Positions 7,657 through 17,481 of a stretch of DNA of 54,971 bases are shown piece by piece. The stretch is from a bacterium (GTDB lineage: Bacteria; Zhuqueibacterota; QNDG01; JABMRT01), in the NCBI GenBank assembly GCA_011046415.1, contig DSAP01000029.1:1-54971 (forward strand), written 5' to 3'. The translations under genes were made by a program, and so were the position numbers. How positions within the stretch are numbered: position 1 is the stretch's first letter; each line of letters begins with the position of its first letter. The notes beneath the pieces are model-generated. The model was given only the letters and a program-made list of their open reading frames with translations. It did not search any database and had not been told where the DNA came from.

Positions 7657-8535
7657 TCACAGCTGCTCGATCGCGTATCCCTCCTCCCCGAGCATCCGGA
7701 TCAGGCCGTGCTCGCCGAACAGATGGGCCGCGCCCACCACGACGAGACAGTTTTCATCCCGCCTGAGACAGCGGAGGATGTGCGGCATCCAGTCCGCGTT
7801 CCGCCGGACGATCAGCCGGTCATGGATCTCCGGGGACGCATCAAAAGCGTCCATAAGCAGCGCGGACAGCGACTCGACATCCCCTTCCCGCCAGGCGCGG
7901 ATGAGCCCTCCGATCTGCGTATCGATCAGGTCCATTTCTTTCAGGGTATGCAGGACGAACCCATCGGGATCGCCGGACGCGAGCGAATCGAACAGCGCGA
8001 TCTGAAAACCCACGGTCTCCAGGCCGAGCAGGATCTTCCCGGCCTCCCTCGCCTTGCGGAAAAAAAACCGGTCGACGCCGTGTTCGGGGGAAAGCCCCGC
8101 CTCCTGCATCCTGGCAAACGTCAGCAGGACGCCCGCCATCCAGGGTTTCATCTTCTGGACGAAATCGAGGTGAAAGCCGACCTCCTGCGCCTTCACGTCG
8201 AGCAGGGCGTATACCGTGTCGTGCAGGACGGACTTCAGGGTCACGCCTTCCGGAAGCATGCCCGCCCGCATCATGCGGATCTGGGCGGAAGGATGTTCGG
8301 CGCTGTCCGGATGGATCTCGAACACGATCCGGCTTGCATCCTCGAAGGCCCGCTCCATCGCGTCGGGCAGGGGATAATCCGCCTCGCGCAGCAGGTGAAC
8401 CGATCCGAGCAAATAGACCGTATTCGTCTCGGATGCGATCTTCCACAGGCAGGTCCGGGCGGCGAGCGGCGTTCCGCATAGCAGGAGCAGCCAAACCACG
8501 GGGCGGATCCCGCGAAGGCAGGACATTCTCTTCAT
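7657..8535 (-). CDS. TraB/GumN family protein (secreted)
   Basis: 292 aa with a signal peptide. It has the LWKIxxxxNTVYLLGSVHLL motif and C-terminal VVVGAAHLFGEHGL, both typical of the TraB/GumN family. Confidence 0.8.
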   Translation of the reverse strand: MKRMSCLRGIRPVVWLLLLCGTPLAARTCLWKIASETNTVYLLGSVHLLREADYPLPDAMERAFEDASRIVFEIHPDSAEHPSAQIRMMRAGMLPEGVTLKSVLHDTVYALLDVKAQEVGFHLDFVQKMKPWMAGVLLTFARMQEAGLSPEHGVDRFFFRKAREAGKILLGLETVGFQIALFDSLASGDPDGFVLHTLKEMDLIDTQIGGLIRAWREGDVESLSALLMDAFDASPEIHDRLIVRRNADWMPHILRCLRRDENCLVVVGAAHLFGEHGLIRMLGEEGYAIEQL

Positions 8536-8550
8536 GTTGCATCCTCATTC

Positions 8551-9423
8551 ATGATGGATTTCGGTCGACATGGACAATGTAAAGAAACCCGTCCCTTTTT
8601 GAAAGAAAAAACATACGCCGCTTTTCCGGGACATCGCCTTTCCGATCCGGCATACATAACGCCTTTTTCGTTGACTTTTCTGCCTTCATCGCATACATTG
8701 TCAGGACCGGATTGGAAGGAATGCGTGACGGACTCAAAACGCACCGCGGCCCGCGAGACCGCGCGCCAATATCTTGAGAAAGACGATCCGCTCGGCTGGT
8801 TCGAGGCGCTCTACCGCATGGGCCGGAAGGATCCCTCCCTGATCCCCTGGGCGGATTTCCGCGCAAACCCGAATCTGGTCCGGTGGCTGGACGACCGGGC
8901 CGTCCCGGACCCGGGCCGGACGGCCCTGAAAATCGGCTGCGGGCTGGGAGACGACGCCGAGGAACTGGCCGCGCGGGGATTCACCACCACGGCATTCGAC
9001 ATCTCCCCTACGGCCATCGACGGGTGCCGGGTCCGCTTCCCCGGATCGCGGGTCCGTTATGTCACGGCGAATCTCTTCGCCGCCCCGTCGGAATGGAACC
9101 GGGCGTTCGACCTGGTCGTCGAATCCTACACCCTGCAGGTCCTGCCCGACGCGTTGCGCGCCCGGGCCGTGAAACACATCGCGGACTTCGCGGCCTCCCG
9201 GGGAACACTGCTCGTCATCACGCGGGCCAGGGACTCCGGGGATCACGAGGGCGGGATGCCCTGGCCGCTGACACGCGGCGAGCTGGATTTATTCCGGCAT
9301 CACGGCCTCACGGAGGTGAATTTCGAGGATTTCACGGACACCCTCGAAACGCCCCCGGTCCGGCGCTTTCTCGCGGAATACCTTCGACAAGGACCGCGCA
9401 CCCCGGACCCCCCGAACACGTGA
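8551..9423 (+). CDS. Class I SAM-dependent methyltransferase (start uncertain)
   Basis: Motif I ALKIGCGLGDDAEELAARGFTTTAFDIS. The first ~58 codons look non-coding, so an in-frame GTG at 8725 preceded by GGAAGGA is a plausible real start. Confidence 0.75.
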   Translation: MMDFGRHGQCKETRPFLKEKTYAAFPGHRLSDPAYITPFSLTFLPSSHTLSGPDWKECVTDSKRTAARETARQYLEKDDPLGWFEALYRMGRKDPSLIPWADFRANPNLVRWLDDRAVPDPGRTALKIGCGLGDDAEELAARGFTTTAFDISPTAIDGCRVRFPGSRVRYVTANLFAAPSEWNRAFDLVVESYTLQVLPDALRARAVKHIADFAASRGTLLVITRARDSGDHEGGMPWPLTRGELDLFRHHGLTEVNFEDFTDTLETPPVRRFLAEYLRQGPRTPDPPNT

Positions 9424-9491
9424 AGACTTTTCACGAAGCCCTTCCGGAAACCGGGAACGGGAAAAACCGTTTGACTCACAGACAGGATGTC

Positions 9492-10061
9492 ATGAAACGA
9501 CTCATCCTCCTCCGCCACGCCAAATCGGGCTGGAATGACCCCGGGATGCGGGATTTCGACCGTCCGCTCAGCGAGCGCGGGGAACGGGACGCGCCGGCGA
9601 TCGGCGCGCGCCTCCGGGAACGCGGTATTTTCCCCGACCGGATCGTCTCGAGCCCGGCCGTCCGCGCGGCCCGGACCGCGGAACTCATCGCCGATGCGAT
9701 GAATTATCAAAGGGAACGCATCGTATGGAAAGGCGAAATCTATGAAGCCTCGGCAGGCGATCTTCTCCGCTGCATCAGGAGTATGGACGAAGCGGACGAA
9801 CGGATTTTACTGATCGGACACAACCCCGGCATAAGCGACGTCGCGCGCCGCCTGACCGGTACGGGTTTCGGAGACCTGCCGACATGCGCGGCGGTCGGCA
9901 TCGATCTGAATGTTCCGGCCTGGGCGGAAGCGGGCGACACCGTCGGAAAAATTACATTCCATGAGCATCCGGCCCGGTTGCCCGCCCTGCGGGTCTCGGC
10001 GGACACGTTTGCCGGCGATCACCCCATCGGAAAAGGAAGCGAACGAACCCATGATCCCTGA
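9492..10061 (+). CDS. SixA-type histidine phosphatase family protein
   Basis: MKRLILLRHAKSGW...RPLSERGERDA...IVSSPAVRAARTAE...LLIGHNPG. The RHA/RG/H catalytic pattern fits phosphohistidine phosphatase SixA-like proteins. The track ORF start at 8883 is an out-of-context extension. Confidence 0.8.
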   Translation: MKRLILLRHAKSGWNDPGMRDFDRPLSERGERDAPAIGARLRERGIFPDRIVSSPAVRAARTAELIADAMNYQRERIVWKGEIYEASAGDLLRCIRSMDEADERILLIGHNPGISDVARRLTGTGFGDLPTCAAVGIDLNVPAWAEAGDTVGKITFHEHPARLPALRVSADTFAGDHPIGKGSERTHDP

Positions 10062-11013
10062 CAGATTCCGGCTTGCGTGTCCCGCCCTCATCCTCGCCCT
10101 CGCGGGTTTCCGCTGCGTCGCCGTGAACGAGATACAAAAATCCTTCGGTTCGGGGGATTACAGCAAGACCCTCGCGCTCGCCCGGCAGGCGGTGGCCGCG
10201 GATTCGTCCGATGCCGGCGCCTGGATGTGGATGGCCAGGGCCCATGAAAAATCCGGGAATCCGGACAGCGCGTCCGCAGCCCTCGGCCGGGCGCTCGCCG
10301 TCCGGACGCCGGACGCGGCGTTCACCCGGGAAGCCTTCCGCCTGTATCTGGCGATCGGAGACCGGTTCCGAAAAATCGGGGAGGAACGGACGGCGCGTCT
10401 CCGGTATGAAAAGGCGGACTCGCTTCGTCCTCTGTCCGTGGATGTGCTCGTCCGCCTGGCCGGGCTGGATGAAAGCCAGGGCCGCCTGAAAGAAGCGGTG
10501 AGCCGGTATGAAACCCTGATCGAGCTCGCTCCCGATCCGACGCCCTACATCCCGAAGGTAAACCTGCTCGAGAGCCGGATTCGTTCCGCGGACGAATCGT
10601 TCGGAGAAGGGATGGACGCCTTCCGGGCGGAGAATTATGAACGGGCCGTATCTCATTTCTCCAGGTCTATCGAAGCCTGGCCCGCGCAACCCGGAGCGGC
10701 CTATTATTTCCATCTTTCCGAAGGAATCCGGGATTACCGGATCGCCACGCCGGACGCGCGCCGGGCCGGAAGGGAAGCCCTCCGCAAGGCCGCGGAAGCG
10801 GATACCCGGGCCGCCGAACCCCATTTCTGGATCGCCCGGCTGTGGGAGATGGAAAATAAACACGCCCTGCTCGGAAACGCGATCGACGCGTACGAGACTG
10901 CACTCAGGCTGGAACCCGACGGCCCGCTCGCGGGCCGGTCCGCGGAGAAAATCGGGGAGCTGAAGCGGCGAAAGGAAAGAATGGACGATTTCTGGAACCG
11001 GGGCAGGCCATAA
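10051..11013 (+). CDS. TPR-repeat protein with N-terminal signal/anchor
   Basis: Start at MIPDRFRLACPALILALAGF. Repeated A/L/Y-rich 34-residue helical units are present (AWMWMARAHEKSGNPDSA, AIDAYETALRLEP). It overlaps the SixA gene end by 11 nt. Confidence 0.7.
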   Translation: MIPDRFRLACPALILALAGFRCVAVNEIQKSFGSGDYSKTLALARQAVAADSSDAGAWMWMARAHEKSGNPDSASAALGRALAVRTPDAAFTREAFRLYLAIGDRFRKIGEERTARLRYEKADSLRPLSVDVLVRLAGLDESQGRLKEAVSRYETLIELAPDPTPYIPKVNLLESRIRSADESFGEGMDAFRAENYERAVSHFSRSIEAWPAQPGAAYYFHLSEGIRDYRIATPDARRAGREALRKAAEADTRAAEPHFWIARLWEMENKHALLGNAIDAYETALRLEPDGPLAGRSAEKIGELKRRKERMDDFWNRGRP

Positions 11014-11128
11014 AAACAAAGCCCCGCATGAAACAGTGACAAAATGGATTATCTCAATCGACGATTGCGGAATCCGGCATAGCAGCCGTGAACCGGACCG
11101 CCGGGTAATTGTCAAGGAAAAAAAACAG

Positions 11129-14100
11129 ATGACGAAAAGCGCGTATCGGCTTCGCCTGATTCTCGGTTTGCTGGTCTCCTTCAACATCTGGATCCCCTTC
11201 GCATCCGCGCATGGACTCTGTATCAATGAAATCATGGCGTCGAATGCGACGACGATCTGGGATGAAGACGGGGATGCCTCCGATTGGATCGAAATCTATC
11301 ATGCCGGCAATGAACCCCTGAATCTGCGGGGATACGGACTCTCGGACGACCGCGACCGGCCGTTTCGATGGGTGTTTCCGGACATCTTCATCAGGCCGGG
11401 GGAATTCCTTCTGCTCTGGGCCTCGGGCAAAGACCGTACCGATCCCGGCGGTCCGCTGCACGCCAATTTCAGTATGGCCTCGGCCGGAGAAGTGCTCATC
11501 CTGACCGCGCCGGATCGTTCCGAAACCGACGCGGTTTCCCCGGTTGGAATACCGACCGGCATCAGCCTCGGCAGACAGCCCGACGGGAGCGAAGGCTGGT
11601 TCTTCTTCCGCGAACCGACGCCCGGCGCCCCGAACGTCACCGAAGCATACCGGGAAGTCCTGGAGCCGGTCACGTTTTCCCCGCCGGGAGGGTTCTATGA
11701 CACCCCTTTGTTCCAGGTGGCGTTGCATCATCCGGACCCCGGGGTGACCATCCTGTACACGATCGACGGCTCCGAACCGCATCCGGACAATCTGGATGGG
11801 AAGACATATCAATATAAAAACAGATACCGGCGGAACGCCTTCGATACGGACGGCACGTTTTCAAATATCGCGTACAGGACGGATGTCTATGAGGGCCCGA
11901 TCGGGATCCGGGACCGGACGATCGATCCGAACCGTGTCAGCCGGCGCATGGCGACGTACGATAATTCCACGGCGCCTTTCTATTTTCCCTCCAACCCGGT
12001 GTTCAAGGGGACCGTGATCCGCGCGATGGCCGTGAAGGAAGGCACGATCCCGGCCCGGACCGTGACGCATACCTATTTTGTCACGCCGCAATCCCGGGCA
12101 CGCTACAGCCATCCGGTCGTCTCCATCGTGATGCAGGAAGCGGATCTCTTCGATTATGAGGCCGGCATCTATGTCCCCGGAATGGTCTATGATGAATGGC
12201 GGTCGTCCAACTGGGGATCACCGGACGGCAGCACCCCCGCGAACTACAACCGGCGCGGCGTCGAATGGGAACGCCGGGCTTCCTTCGAAATTTTCGAAGA
12301 AGGGACGGCCTTCGCCGCCGTCAGACAGGATATCGGCGTACGCACCCACGGCGGCTGGAGCCGTTCCGATCCCATGAAATCCCTCCGGCTCTACGCGCGC
12401 AACGAATACGGGGAAAGCCGGTTCTTTCACAACATATTCCCCGGTCTCCCCTACGGCGAATACAACCGGCTCCTGCTCAGGAATTCGGGGAATGACCGGC
12501 AATATACGCTGTTCCGGGATGCCGCGATCCAGCGGGTCGTCGGGCATATGAACTTCGATGTGCAGGCATACCGGCCCGCGGTCGTATTCCTCAACGGGGA
12601 GTACTGGGGCATCCACAATTTCAGGGAACGGTTCGACCGTCACTATCTCGCCCGGGTGTACGGCGTCGATCCGGACCGGGTGGATCTCCTCGAAGGAAAC
12701 GCCTCGGTAAAAGAGGGAAGCAACCGGCATTACGAAGAAACGATCCGGTACATCGAGGAAAACAGACTGGCGGACGAGGAACACTACGCATACATCCGGA
12801 CGCGTATCGACATCGACAACTTCATGGATTATCAGATCGCGCAGATCTATTCGGGTAACACCGACTGGCCCGGCAACAACATCGACTTCTGGAGATATCA
12901 GACCGACGATTATCAACCCGACGCACCATCCGGTCACGACGGACGATGGCGGTGGCTGATGTACGATACCGATTTCGGGTTCGGACTGTACGGAAGGAAT
13001 CCGAACGTCAACAACATCGCCTCGGCAACCGCACCGAACGGCCCCTCCTGGCCGAATCCTCCCTGGTCGACCCTGTTGTTGCGCCGGTTCCTGGAAAACG
13101 AGTCGTTCCGGCATGCATTCATCAACCGGTTCGCGGATCAGCTGAACACCGCGTTTCACCCCGACCGCGTCCATGCCGTCATCCGGGACATGGCGGACGT
13201 GCTGCGCCCCGGGATCGCCGAACACATCGCGCGGTGGAAACAGCCGGGATCCGAGAATGACTGGGACAACCAGATCGATGTGATGCTCCAATACACATCG
13301 GACCGCCCCGGGTTTGTCAGGGAACATATCCGCAGGATGTTCAACATCAGGGGTCTGGTCGATCTGACGGTCGATATCGCCGATCCGTCCATGGGGAAGA
13401 TCCGTGTCAACACCCTGGAAATCGGTCCGTCCACTCCGGGCATCGGGCCGCACCCGTTCCCGTGGACAGGAACCTACTTCCAGAATATTCCGGTGACCCT
13501 TGAGGCCAGGCCGTTCGCCGGATATGTGTTCTCGCATTGGGAAGGCCTGCCCGTCCCGACGCCTTCACCCGGGATCGCGTTGCGACTGACGGATGCGACA
13601 ACCGTCACCGCGGTGTTCGAACCCTGCGATAACAGCGGACTTCTTCCCCGGCCCTTTCATCTCGGGGACGGGAGTTATGTCTTCGAAGCGTGGTCCGCCG
13701 ACCGGCCCGCCGGCACTTATCCCGGTCACATGGTTTTTGTCTATATGGATCGGGAGGATCCGGGCCCCGATGCGGACATCGCCGGGTTGACCGGGGGCGC
13801 ATACAATCTGGATGCACGGACGCGCATCAACGGCCTGGATGAAAACGGTTTCGCGTTCATCAACACCAGCGGCGAAACGGACAATCCGGGCTATCCCCAC
13901 ACGCGTCTCGGCGGCGCCGTGGTCGCCCTGGATACGCGGGGCAGGAAAGAGATCGACGTGACGTGGGAAGGCATGACCGTCCGGCCGAATTCACGGGCAT
14001 ACAACATCCGGCTCCAGTACCGTCTCGGCAACGAGGATCCTTTCAGGGATGTGACGGGACCGGACGGAAAGCCCGTGGAATACAAGCGAAACGGGACCGC

Positions 14101-14572
14101 CGGCCACCGGGAGCAAATCGGGCCCGTCCGGCTGCCGCGGGAAGCCGACAACAAAGCCTGCGTGCAGCTTCTGTGGCGCTATTACTACACGGGCGTTCAG
14201 CTCGACAGCGAGAGCGGACAACGGTCTCAGATGGGCGTGTCGCGTATCGTCATCGACGCAAAGGGAGAGGTCTCTTCCGTCTCCGGCCGGGACGGCGGGA
14301 CGATTCCCGGGCGGTTTGTGCTCTATCCGAACCATCCCAACCCCTTCAATCCGTCCACGCGGATCCGGTTCGAATTGCCGGAGGAAACCGATGTTTGGCT
14401 GACCGTCCATGATGTCACGGGGAGACGGGTCGTCACGCTGATCGACGGACGTCTGGGGGCGGGCGGACATACCGTGACCTTCGACGCGGCGGATCTGGCC
14501 GGGGGAATCTATGTCTACCGCATCCGGGCCGGCGACCGGAGCGCAGGCGGACGGATGCTGTATCTGAAATGA
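11129..14572 (+). CDS. Secreted multidomain protein: lamin-tail domain + CotH kinase-like domain + T9SS-type C-terminal sorting domain
   Basis: A signal peptide is present (MTKSAYRLRLILGLLVSFNIWIPFASA). The LTD is CINEIMASN...WIEIYHAGNEPLNLRGYGLSDD. The CotH core is ASFEIFEE...VRTHGGWSR...KSLRLYARNEYG...LLLRNSGND. The C-terminus is LYPNHPNPFNPSTRIRFELPEETDVWLTVHDVTGRRV...GIYVYRI. Confidence 0.85.
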   Translation: MTKSAYRLRLILGLLVSFNIWIPFASAHGLCINEIMASNATTIWDEDGDASDWIEIYHAGNEPLNLRGYGLSDDRDRPFRWVFPDIFIRPGEFLLLWASGKDRTDPGGPLHANFSMASAGEVLILTAPDRSETDAVSPVGIPTGISLGRQPDGSEGWFFFREPTPGAPNVTEAYREVLEPVTFSPPGGFYDTPLFQVALHHPDPGVTILYTIDGSEPHPDNLDGKTYQYKNRYRRNAFDTDGTFSNIAYRTDVYEGPIGIRDRTIDPNRVSRRMATYDNSTAPFYFPSNPVFKGTVIRAMAVKEGTIPARTVTHTYFVTPQSRARYSHPVVSIVMQEADLFDYEAGIYVPGMVYDEWRSSNWGSPDGSTPANYNRRGVEWERRASFEIFEEGTAFAAVRQDIGVRTHGGWSRSDPMKSLRLYARNEYGESRFFHNIFPGLPYGEYNRLLLRNSGNDRQYTLFRDAAIQRVVGHMNFDVQAYRPAVVFLNGEYWGIHNFRERFDRHYLARVYGVDPDRVDLLEGNASVKEGSNRHYEETIRYIEENRLADEEHYAYIRTRIDIDNFMDYQIAQIYSGNTDWPGNNIDFWRYQTDDYQPDAPSGHDGRWRWLMYDTDFGFGLYGRNPNVNNIASATAPNGPSWPNPPWSTLLLRRFLENESFRHAFINRFADQLNTAFHPDRVHAVIRDMADVLRPGIAEHIARWKQPGSENDWDNQIDVMLQYTSDRPGFVREHIRRMFNIRGLVDLTVDIADPSMGKIRVNTLEIGPSTPGIGPHPFPWTGTYFQNIPVTLEARPFAGYVFSHWEGLPVPTPSPGIALRLTDATTVTAVFEPCDNSGLLPRPFHLGDGSYVFEAWSADRPAGTYPGHMVFVYMDREDPGPDADIAGLTGGAYNLDARTRINGLDENGFAFINTSGETDNPGYPHTRLGGAVVALDTRGRKEIDVTWEGMTVRPNSRAYNIRLQYRLGNEDPFRDVTGPDGKPVEYKRNGTAGHREQIGPVRLPREADNKACVQLLWRYYYTGVQLDSESGQRSQMGVSRIVIDAKGEVSSVSGRDGGTIPGRFVLYPNHPNPFNPSTRIRFELPEETDVWLTVHDVTGRRVVTLIDGRLGAGGHTVTFDAADLAGGIYVYRIRAGDRSAGGRMLYLK

Positions 14573-14802
14573 CGTTCCGTACACGTACCCGGGGTTGATG
14601 GAATTTGTCCGATAACACAACCCCGCGATGGGCCGCAATCGGTTTCTGATCCGCAAGATTTCGGACTTGCATTTTTAAATATAAATGTTTATACTTAAAT
14701 GATTTCTTTCCGAATATCCCCTTACTTCGATCTGACAGAATAGAAAAGGATGCATGAAATGCATTCCGATTGATCAGGCCAACCCGTCGGGAGGATGAAA
14801 CC

Positions 14803-15546
14803 ATGAAAACCATGAATTTTACCTCAACCGTTCTGATTTTCCTGTCCTCTTGCTTAGCGGAATCCCAAGCGGCATCACCCGGCGATTCCACTTCAGGACC
14901 CGTTCCCGGGAAATCTCACTCCTTTCGCATCGAGGCTTCATTCTTTGGCGGCGGCGGCCGGGAACAAATCGAAGTGGGCAAGACCACGGAGAATGAAATG
15001 ATCACGATCAGCCCCGGAGGCGGGGCAGGCGTGAAAATCGGTGTCGGTTATTTTCTGCTTCCTTTACTCGATGCCAATCTGGAGATCGGTATGCAGAACA
15101 GCGCCTTGTCCAAGAAAGTGGAGAATGCGGAGGGCTGTTTTTCAAGAAGTTTCATACTGGGCACCCTGCGGTATGCGTTACCCGTATCCGGGAGAAGCTC
15201 GATAAACATCGGCGGTGGTGCCGGTTTTTATCAGGGCGGCAAAATGGATCTGGATCTTCAAGAAGTTCCGGGAGGTGAACACTTGATTCTAAAATACAAA
15301 AACACGACGGGGTTTCATGTGCTCGCGGAATACGAATATTGTTTTCCGCGATGGACCTTATGGAATGCGTCCTGGTCCTGTTCGGCCGGGCTGAAATATT
15401 ACGGCATAACTTATGATCTCGATTCCATATCAATCAACGGGATGTCCGTATCGGGCGGTCTCATCCCGCACGAGGTCAAAAAAGAGTTCACACCGCTCGA
15501 CGGCTCGGGATTTGATGTCCTGTTCTCGATGATCATGCGGTTGTAA
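14803..15546 (+). CDS. Putative outer-membrane beta-barrel protein
   Basis: A signal peptide is present (MKTMNFTSTVLIFLSSCLAESQA). The sequence has alternating hydrophobic Gly-rich beta-strand segments and an aromatic-rich C-terminal region. No specific family was recognised. Confidence 0.5.
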   Translation: MKTMNFTSTVLIFLSSCLAESQAASPGDSTSGPVPGKSHSFRIEASFFGGGGREQIEVGKTTENEMITISPGGGAGVKIGVGYFLLPLLDANLEIGMQNSALSKKVENAEGCFSRSFILGTLRYALPVSGRSSINIGGGAGFYQGGKMDLDLQEVPGGEHLILKYKNTTGFHVLAEYEYCFPRWTLWNASWSCSAGLKYYGITYDLDSISINGMSVSGGLIPHEVKKEFTPLDGSGFDVLFSMIMRL

Positions 15547-15802
15547 ACCTTTCCGTTTATCCCCGGCTTCAGCCCCGGGATCTCCGGGAAAGGACGTCCC
15601 GGATTGGCTTTGTGATCAAGCAGATCCAATGGCATTCGATTATAGCGAGTCTGTTATCATAGGGCGAAGATTTCCGGAATTCCCACCCTGCTTCCTGTGT
15701 GCAATTTTAAAAATCTCAGCTGAAAAGAGTTTATCCGCGGCCTGATCTCTCCCGTCGGCATTGAGGCATGGGAAAAAACCAAAAAACCTGGAGAACCTGA
15801 CA

Positions 15803-17119
15803 ATGAAATTCAGAACCCTCCTTTTTCTGGCCGCATTGTCCATCCTCTCCGGATGCGATAAAGAACGGAAAGCCTGGGAACTCGTCCGGTCCGCGGACAC
15901 CATCGAGGCCTATCAACAATGGATTGCTCAATACCCCGAAAGTATGCATGCGGATTCCGCCCGCCAATCGATTCAGCTCATCCGGTACCGGATCGCACGT
16001 TCCGAAAACACGGTTCCGGCCCTTGAGAATTTCCTCACCCTCGTCCCGGATGGTCCGCTGGCCGAAAAAGCCCGTTCCGACATCCGGGTTATCCTGGACG
16101 ACAGACACCCGGCCTTTCAACGGGTCAGAACAATTCTCTGGTCGCCCACGCCTCTGAACGCGGAAGGAAATTATGTTCTCGAAAAAACCAGATACAAAGC
16201 GCGGCAATTATTCGAATCCGCCGGCATCGGGATGGTCAATTTCGATTCCCTGCAATGGGATGCTTGCCTGAGCATCACGGCGGAAGGAACCGCCCTGGGG
16301 GCATCGTATCGCGCCGTTCAGGGGAAGCTGTCCGGACTTCACTATACCGGTGCGGCCGTCTCGATCCGCTTCAAACTGACCATGCCCGGAAAGTATACCG
16401 TGGAAAGATCATTCCGCGGCACAGTGTCTCCCTCACAATTCATTACACAAAAATCCAATACCCCCCGGGACGCTCCCTGGCAACGGGCTGTCACGGAATC
16501 CGGTTTCACAAAAGGGGTTGTCGATGTCGTAGCCGATGTGCTGGGAAGGACAGGGCTGGAGAATGTCCTGCTCGGCCCGTTTCGTTTAACCGAAGACCTG
16601 GAAAATCCGGTCAAGACCGCCCTCGAGAATTCCGGCGGATCGGTCAGAGACCTGGCCGTCTCCGCCCTGGAAGATTATCGGTGGGGAACCCGGAGGAAAG
16701 GCATCCGTCTGATTAGATCCCTGAAAGACACCACAACCGTCTCCCGCCTCATCTCTGTGATGCAAACCGATAAACATCCCGATGTCCGGTCGGATGCCTG
16801 TGAAGCATTGGGAGACTTTGCGGATCAATGTCCCCTCGATATCGCAATCGGGGCTTTGAAGGATCCTCATCCCGGTGTGCGCAGACGGGCCACCTTCCTG
16901 TTGAGAAAACAGAAAGACCCCCGTGCGGTCGAACCCCTGATCGATCTGTTGCTGGATGAATCCAAAGAGGTGAGATCCGGAGCGGACTGGGCGTTGCAGG
17001 ACATCACGGGACAAAAATTCAAGAAGGAACACCCCTATCATAATTTGTGGTCCGATCAAAGAAAATACAGATACTGGATGCAGTGGCGGAGGGAGAACAA
17101 AAACACTGATGCCGGTTGA
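15803..17119 (+). CDS. Lipoprotein with C-terminal HEAT/PBS-lyase-type repeats
   Basis: Lipobox MKFRTLLFLAALSILSGC. The C-terminal repeats are DKHPDVRSDACEALGDF, LKDPHPGVRRRATFLLRK and DESKEVRSGADWALQDITG. Confidence 0.7.
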   Translation: MKFRTLLFLAALSILSGCDKERKAWELVRSADTIEAYQQWIAQYPESMHADSARQSIQLIRYRIARSENTVPALENFLTLVPDGPLAEKARSDIRVILDDRHPAFQRVRTILWSPTPLNAEGNYVLEKTRYKARQLFESAGIGMVNFDSLQWDACLSITAEGTALGASYRAVQGKLSGLHYTGAAVSIRFKLTMPGKYTVERSFRGTVSPSQFITQKSNTPRDAPWQRAVTESGFTKGVVDVVADVLGRTGLENVLLGPFRLTEDLENPVKTALENSGGSVRDLAVSALEDYRWGTRRKGIRLIRSLKDTTTVSRLISVMQTDKHPDVRSDACEALGDFADQCPLDIAIGALKDPHPGVRRRATFLLRKQKDPRAVEPLIDLLLDESKEVRSGADWALQDITGQKFKKEHPYHNLWSDQRKYRYWMQWRRENKNTDAG

Positions 17120-17378
17120 TCGGATGATACCGCTTCAAACACGGACCGGTTCATTTGTTCCGGTTTTTGTTTGATCCTGACGGGTTGTTCCTCAACCAAC
17201 GACTAGACCGCCCTGACCCTGGAACCGGGACAGACCGCACTCACGCCCGGATTTGACAATCTCACATGGATCCTCTCCGAATTCAATCGCCCATGCGATC
17301 CCGCGTCTCCCCGCACGACAGATAAGCCGGCATCCTGAATCCCGATAACAGGCCGCGGCCGGCCGGTATGTCCATCAC

Positions 17379-17412
17379 CTCCGGAAGGTTTTAAGCTTCC
17401 GGAGTTTTATTT
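17379..17412 (+). terminator. Rho-independent terminator
   Basis: A 9-bp perfect stem CTCCGGAAG (17379-17387) / CTTCCGGAG (17396-17404) with an 8-nt loop, followed by TTTTATTT. Confidence 0.6.
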
Positions 17413-17437
17413 CGGCCGGTCCGGCGAAAAAAAAATC

Positions 17438-17466
17438 TTGACAATCGGGATAAAAAGGGTTATGAT
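17438..17466 (+). promoter_or_regulatory. Near-consensus sigma70-type promoter (TTGACA-17-TATGAT) for the ClC gene
   Basis: TTGACA at 17438-17443, an exactly 17-nt spacer and TATGAT(AAT) at 17461-17466, just upstream of the ClC ORF. Confidence 0.45.
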
Positions 17467-17481
17467 AATCAGCATATCTCT

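Noticed and set aside
9952-11235. Long antisense or out-of-frame ORFs. Examples: 9952-11235(-), 12218-13537(-), 17575-18663(-), 25003-26103(-), 27725-28912(-), 29151-30257(-), 34689-36134(+), 36260-37336(-), 48435-50057(+), 52551-54146(+).
   Set aside because: All overlap genes with strong family motifs on the other strand or frame. Their translations are Arg/Gly/Pro/Asp-rich low-complexity strings typical of stop-poor alternative frames in GC-rich DNA.
17120-17412. tRNA, SRP RNA, 6S RNA or tmRNA in the orphan spacer and in other intergenic regions.
   Set aside because: No T-loop (GGTTCGAAT-like) motif, SRP domain IV motif or tmRNA tag-reading-frame features were recognisable by eye.
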